From Spirochaetaceae bacterium (GTDB lineage Bacteria; Spirochaetota; Spirochaetia; DSM-2461), in NCBI GenBank assembly GCA_029210985.1, contig JARGFR010000001.1, forward strand, positions 1 to 61,618: a stretch of DNA of 61,618 nucleotides. The letters are read 5' to 3'. This document shows positions 57,701-61,618 of this stretch, piece after piece. The notes under the pieces were generated by a model that was not told where the DNA came from, did not search any database, and worked only from the letters and a program-made list of their open reading frames with translations. The position numbers and the translations under genes were made by a program. Positions within the stretch are counted from its first letter, which is position 1, and each line of letters opens with the position of its first letter.

Positions 57701-59187
57701 GTGAATACAAGACACCCCAGGCCTTAAAGGCCGAAGCCGACGCTCTCTGGGCGGAATACGGCGGCAAAGAGCTTTCCGTCAAGGACAGACGGGCCATACC
57801 CCAGCAGGATATGCCGACTCAGGACGCCGTGGAGCGTCGTTCCACAATGTCCGAGGTCGCATTGGGATATACGGAGAACCAGGTGAAGGTGGAAGCCCTG
57901 CGCTGTCTGCAGTGCAAGAACGCCCCCTGCGTAGCAGGATGTCCGGTCTCCATCGACATTCCCCGGTTCATCGATCACGCCGCCAAGGGTGAGTTCGGCG
58001 AATCCATCGCCGTCATCAAGGAATCCAGCCTTCTGCCCACCATTTGTGGGCGGGTTTGCCCCCAGGAGAAGCAGTGCATGCTCACCTGTACCGTGGGCAA
58101 AGCCATGAAAGATCCAGAGAAATCGGTGGCCATCGGACGAATCGAGAGGTATGTCTCGGATTGGGAAGTGGAACATGACGCTGTGACGCCCATCCCCGTG
58201 GCGGCGCCGACGGGAAAGAAGGTCGCCGTCATCGGTTCGGGCCCGTCGGGTCTTACCGCCGCTGCCGACATCCGTCGGGAAGGCCATGACGTGACGGTAT
58301 TCGAGGCTTTTCACAAACCGGGGGGCGTCACCGTCTACGGGATTCCCGAATTCCGGCTGCCCAAAGCCATTGTGGAGAGGGATGTCGAGAACCTGACTGA
58401 AATGGGCGTACATTTTGAAACAAACTTTCTGGTCGGCCGGACCCGGAAGATTGACGACATGCTGGCCCAGGACGGCTGGGACGCCCTGTATATCGCCACA
58501 GGCGCCGGGCTGCCGAAATTCATGAACATTCCCGGCGAAAACCTTGTCGGGGTATTCTCGGCCAATGAATACCTGACCCGTTCCAACCTGATGAAGGCCT
58601 ATGAAACCGGCCGCGCCGATACGCCGATGTACAGCGCTAAAAAAGTCTGCGTCTTCGGCGGCGGCAATGTGGCCATGGACGCGGCCCGAACTGCGGTTCG
58701 TCTCGGAGCCGAAGAGGTTCATATCGTCTACCGCCGTACGGAAAAAGAACTCCCGGCTCGTGTGGAAGAAGTGCACCATGCCATGGAAGAAGGGGTCATT
58801 TTCGATCTTCTCTCCAGCCCGATCGAAATCAAAGGCGATGAGAACGGCCGTGTCACCGGTATAGTGTGCCAGCGCTACGAACTCGGCGAACCCGATGATT
58901 CCGGACGGAGACGCCCCATCCCCATCGAAGGGGACACCTTTGATGTCGCCTGCGACGCCTGCATCACCTCCATAGGCAACGCCTCAAACCCGCTGATCAG
59001 TCAAACCACACCGGGATTGAATGTAAACAAGTGGGGCAACATCATCGTGGAAGAATCAACCGGTAAGACTTCAATAGACAACGTATATGCCGGCGGGGAT
59101 ATTGTACTCGGGGCTGCGACGGTGATTCTTGCCATGGGTGAGGGCCGACGGGCGGCCAAAGCAATCAACGATCAGCTGGCGGGATAG
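57697..59187 (+). CDS. nfnB: Electron-bifurcating transhydrogenase large subunit (NfnB/SudA, GltD-like)
   Basis: RCLQCKNAPCVAGCP, CGRVCPQEKQC, GSGPSG, YGIPEFRLP, GGGNVAMD. ATGA coupling to nfnA. No gltB nearby. Confidence 0.88.
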   Translation: MSEYKTPQALKAEADALWAEYGGKELSVKDRRAIPQQDMPTQDAVERRSTMSEVALGYTENQVKVEALRCLQCKNAPCVAGCPVSIDIPRFIDHAAKGEFGESIAVIKESSLLPTICGRVCPQEKQCMLTCTVGKAMKDPEKSVAIGRIERYVSDWEVEHDAVTPIPVAAPTGKKVAVIGSGPSGLTAAADIRREGHDVTVFEAFHKPGGVTVYGIPEFRLPKAIVERDVENLTEMGVHFETNFLVGRTRKIDDMLAQDGWDALYIATGAGLPKFMNIPGENLVGVFSANEYLTRSNLMKAYETGRADTPMYSAKKVCVFGGGNVAMDAARTAVRLGAEEVHIVYRRTEKELPARVEEVHHAMEEGVIFDLLSSPIEIKGDENGRVTGIVCQRYELGEPDDSGRRRPIPIEGDTFDVACDACITSIGNASNPLISQTTPGLNVNKWGNIIVEESTGKTSIDNVYAGGDIVLGAATVILAMGEGRRAAKAINDQLAG

Positions 59188-59222
59188 CCCGCCGTTTTCT
59201 TCGTCATAAGTTATGTATATGT

Positions 59223-59253
59223 AAAAGGCCATCCCTTCGAAGGATGGCCTTTT
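59223..59253. terminator. Bidirectional intrinsic terminator
   Basis: aaaaggccatcc-cttcgaa-ggatggcctttt. Confidence 0.88.
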
Positions 59254-59276
59254 CAATGACAAGTTTTGTCGGGCTG

Positions 59277-59747
59277 TTATTTGTCGTCTTTTTCTTCCTC
59301 GGAAATATCCTCGGGACCGTCCTGGGATTCTATTTCCTCAACTGAGGCCGATTCTTCCTCTTCCGCAACATCCTTCTTCCGTCGGCAGTCAACACAGAGG
59401 TTGTCGTCCATGAAATAGATGGTGCGGAAATCAAGCTTCGTCTCGCATTCGGCGCACGTCAGACGATAGGGAAACACTTTGCCCCGGTAGAGGAACAATA
59501 CGACGGCAACCACGGCGACGGCGCCGAACAGATAGATATCGGTCAATTCCCTCTCGACCACAAAGGCGGCGGCGGTGGTGATGACAAATACGGCGATGGC
59601 TTGAAGGAGGGACGCCATACGCTTCTTACCGGCGGACTGACCGTATTTTCTGAACATGAGGTTGGGAACCAAGACGACGACAAGAGGCCAGATACCGAGT
59701 TCGGCGATCCAGATTGAGATGGCATTTCCGTTCATAAGCGGCATCAT
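59277..59747 (-). CDS. Hypothetical 3-TM protein with CxxC..CxxC zinc ribbon and acidic tail
   Basis: Three hydrophobic segments, CAEC...CVDC, E/D-rich C-terminus. Confidence 0.7.
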   Translation of the reverse strand: MMPLMNGNAISIWIAELGIWPLVVVLVPNLMFRKYGQSAGKKRMASLLQAIAVFVITTAAAFVVERELTDIYLFGAVAVVAVVLFLYRGKVFPYRLTCAECETKLDFRTIYFMDDNLCVDCRRKKDVAEEEESASVEEIESQDGPEDISEEEKDDK

Positions 59748-59776
59748 AGGTCATTCAGGACCGAAAGACCACCCGC

Positions 59777-61603
59777 TTACACCTTCTCGGGACGAGGAAT
59801 CAGAACATCGAAACTCGTCCACTCTCCGGGGCGGCTTTCGCAGGACAAGGTTCCGTCATGAGCCTTCACGATATGGTCGCAGATGGACAGACCCAGTCCC
59901 GTATTGGTCTTGGTGAGTTTGGTGGTGAAGAAGGGCTGAAATATGGCTTCCTGGACATCCGCCGGAATACCGTGACCGTTGTCCGACACCCGAACCCGGA
60001 AGAATCGACCGGCGCTCGATATTTCAACGGCAATCCGACCCTCGTCCAAGACGGCTTCGAGGCTGTTCATAATCAAATTGATAAAGACCTGCTTGAGCCG
60101 GTTTTCATCACCGACAATCCGGGCGGGATCCGTCCGATAGCGCTTTTCCAGTCTGATTTTCTTTTCGGCGATGCGATGACCCAGCAGCAGGAGAATCTCA
60201 TCCAGGAGCTCTACCAGACTGACTTCCGTTTCGTTCTTCCGGGGCAATCGGCTGAAACTCAGAAGACTGCCTATAATTTCGGTGATACGCCGGATTTCCT
60301 TCTGTATTTTTTCTATCTTAATCTGATCGTCATCATCCCGTTCCTTGAGCTTGAGAAGTTCGAGATAATTGCTGATGATGCCCAGAGGATTATTCACCTC
60401 ATGGGCGACTCCGGCCGCCAATTCCGCCGTGTATTGATGCTTATCCGCTTCCGTGAGGTACTCCCGGACAGAAGCGCTCAGAGAGGCATCTTCCAGTGTG
60501 AGCAGCGCACCGAGATAAGAATAGTCCTCATCATGAAGGGGCAATATTCGAACCTTCACGAACCTGGCCTTTCCGATCGGCACACCTTCCCAGGCCCGCT
60601 TGCCCCGTCCCTGCAAGGTTTCGGAGATTTCTTTCTTAAGTTCTTCGTCGGGGGTAAGGGAAATATTCCCCAGTGCCACTCCAGCCAAATCCGCCGTCGA
60701 AGAGCCCAACAGCCCGGCCGCGGCATGATTGGCCTGATAGACGGTCCCTTCCCGATCAAGAATCAACACGCCGACAGGGAGATCGTCGATGAGGTTCCGG
60801 TTGTAGCGGCGAAGGGCGAGGAGCTGTCTCTCTTCTTCCGGAGCGCTTCGGCCTTGAGCTCCCGGGGTCTCCAGGACGGCGTCGAAAGCCAATCGATACA
60901 GGCGCATTCGATCGAGTTCGGCAACCGTTTCCGTGCTTTTACGGTAACCATCCTGAAGAACCGTCACACGATCGGCCAGTTCGAAGATTTCATCAAAATT
61001 CTGGGTGATATAGATGATGGATTTCCCTTCTTTGCGGAAATCCGCCAGGATTCGAAACAAATAGACCAGCTCTTCATCATTCAGACGGTTGGAAATTTCA
61101 TCCAGGATGAGAATTTCCGGGGACATGGCCAGAATCCGGGCCACTTCCACCATTTGACGCTGGGCGACAGAGAGGTCCTTTACCGGCGCCAGGAGGTCAA
61201 AATCCTGACCCAGTTCCCTCAGGAGCCGTCGACCTTCGGTGAGCATCCTGCCGTATCGACGATAACCGAACCACATACCGGGCATGCGTCCTGAAAAGAT
61301 ATTTTCGATGGAGTTCAGTGACGGAATCACCATCATGCTCTGATACACCATGCCGATTCCCAGGGACATCGCGTCCTGGGGAGAGGAGAACTGCACGTCC
61401 CGGCCTTGAAAAATGATGCGGCCCCTCTGAAGTGAAAGGTTGCCTCCGAGAATTCGCATCAAGGTTGATTTCCCGGCCCGGTGCTCCCCGATTAAAGCGT
61501 GGACTTCCCCGGCCCGAACATCCAGATCCACCCCCCGAAGGGCTTCAAACCCTCCGTAGGAATAGTGAATGTTCCGCATCAACAGGAGGGTGGAATCCGC
61601 CAT
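59777..61603 (-). CDS. Fusion of an RbsA-type ABC ATPase domain, PAS and a HisKA/HATPase histidine kinase
   Basis: aa 1-240: GEHRAGKST, MVYQ, LSVAQRQMVE, ILILDE. PAS: LIDDLPVGVLILD...ANHAA. Kinase: AGVAHEVNNPL, QVFINLIMNS, DNGHG, FQPFFTTK, GLGLSI. One uninterrupted frame. Confidence 0.9.
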   Translation of the reverse strand: MADSTLLLMRNIHYSYGGFEALRGVDLDVRAGEVHALIGEHRAGKSTLMRILGGNLSLQRGRIIFQGRDVQFSSPQDAMSLGIGMVYQSMMVIPSLNSIENIFSGRMPGMWFGYRRYGRMLTEGRRLLRELGQDFDLLAPVKDLSVAQRQMVEVARILAMSPEILILDEISNRLNDEELVYLFRILADFRKEGKSIIYITQNFDEIFELADRVTVLQDGYRKSTETVAELDRMRLYRLAFDAVLETPGAQGRSAPEEERQLLALRRYNRNLIDDLPVGVLILDREGTVYQANHAAAGLLGSSTADLAGVALGNISLTPDEELKKEISETLQGRGKRAWEGVPIGKARFVKVRILPLHDEDYSYLGALLTLEDASLSASVREYLTEADKHQYTAELAAGVAHEVNNPLGIISNYLELLKLKERDDDDQIKIEKIQKEIRRITEIIGSLLSFSRLPRKNETEVSLVELLDEILLLLGHRIAEKKIRLEKRYRTDPARIVGDENRLKQVFINLIMNSLEAVLDEGRIAVEISSAGRFFRVRVSDNGHGIPADVQEAIFQPFFTTKLTKTNTGLGLSICDHIVKAHDGTLSCESRPGEWTSFDVLIPRPEKV

Positions 61604-61618
61604 ATATCAGCTCATTCC

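Noticed and set aside
57697-59187. Glutamate synthase small subunit (gltD)
   Set aside because: It is coupled to an NfnA-type gene with no gltB, and has a Rex-like box upstream, so NfnB fits better.
1-61618. CRISPR arrays, tRNA/rRNA genes, IS elements, prophage or defence genes
   Set aside because: No regularly spaced repeats, cloverleafs, transposase, integrase or phage motifs were seen by eye. A tRNAscan/Infernal run would be needed to exclude small RNAs fully.

Overview
A 61.6 kb bacterial chromosomal segment, most likely from a free-living spirochaete (Spirochaetaceae-like). This is inferred from FANG-type signal peptides on the sugar-binding proteins, an LPP20 lipoprotein and a beta-barrel protein. 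It holds about 58 genes. Left to right: a chimeric FdhF/CrtI-family start with cruF; an AT-richer polyol ABC/dehydrogenase/two-component island containing a deleted ketose 3-epimerase remnant; an ABC-2 exporter; and a 13.5 kb catabolic cluster. That cluster has a two-component system with an extra His-less pseudo-kinase, an Rbs-type importer, two URO-D/MtaA-fold proteins, two membrane di-iron desaturase-fold proteins, a TIM barrel, AraC and a decayed vapBC. Next come a candidate stand-alone ~230 nt sRNA, housekeeping genes (tpx, rlmN, acyl-CoA ligase, RluA), a CPA antiporter with an EIIA-PII fusion, a catalytically degenerate GH36 fused in an operon with an RNase HII-like gene, an eetA/eetB/ECF-T-like trio, a LacI-controlled sugar ABC operon and Rex-boxed nfnAB. 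At the right end is a single ORF fusing a degenerate sugar-ABC ATPase to a PAS-histidine kinase, the strongest candidate for an undescribed system. I saw no rRNA, tRNA, CRISPR array or transposase. All family calls are by motif recognition only; no searches were run.
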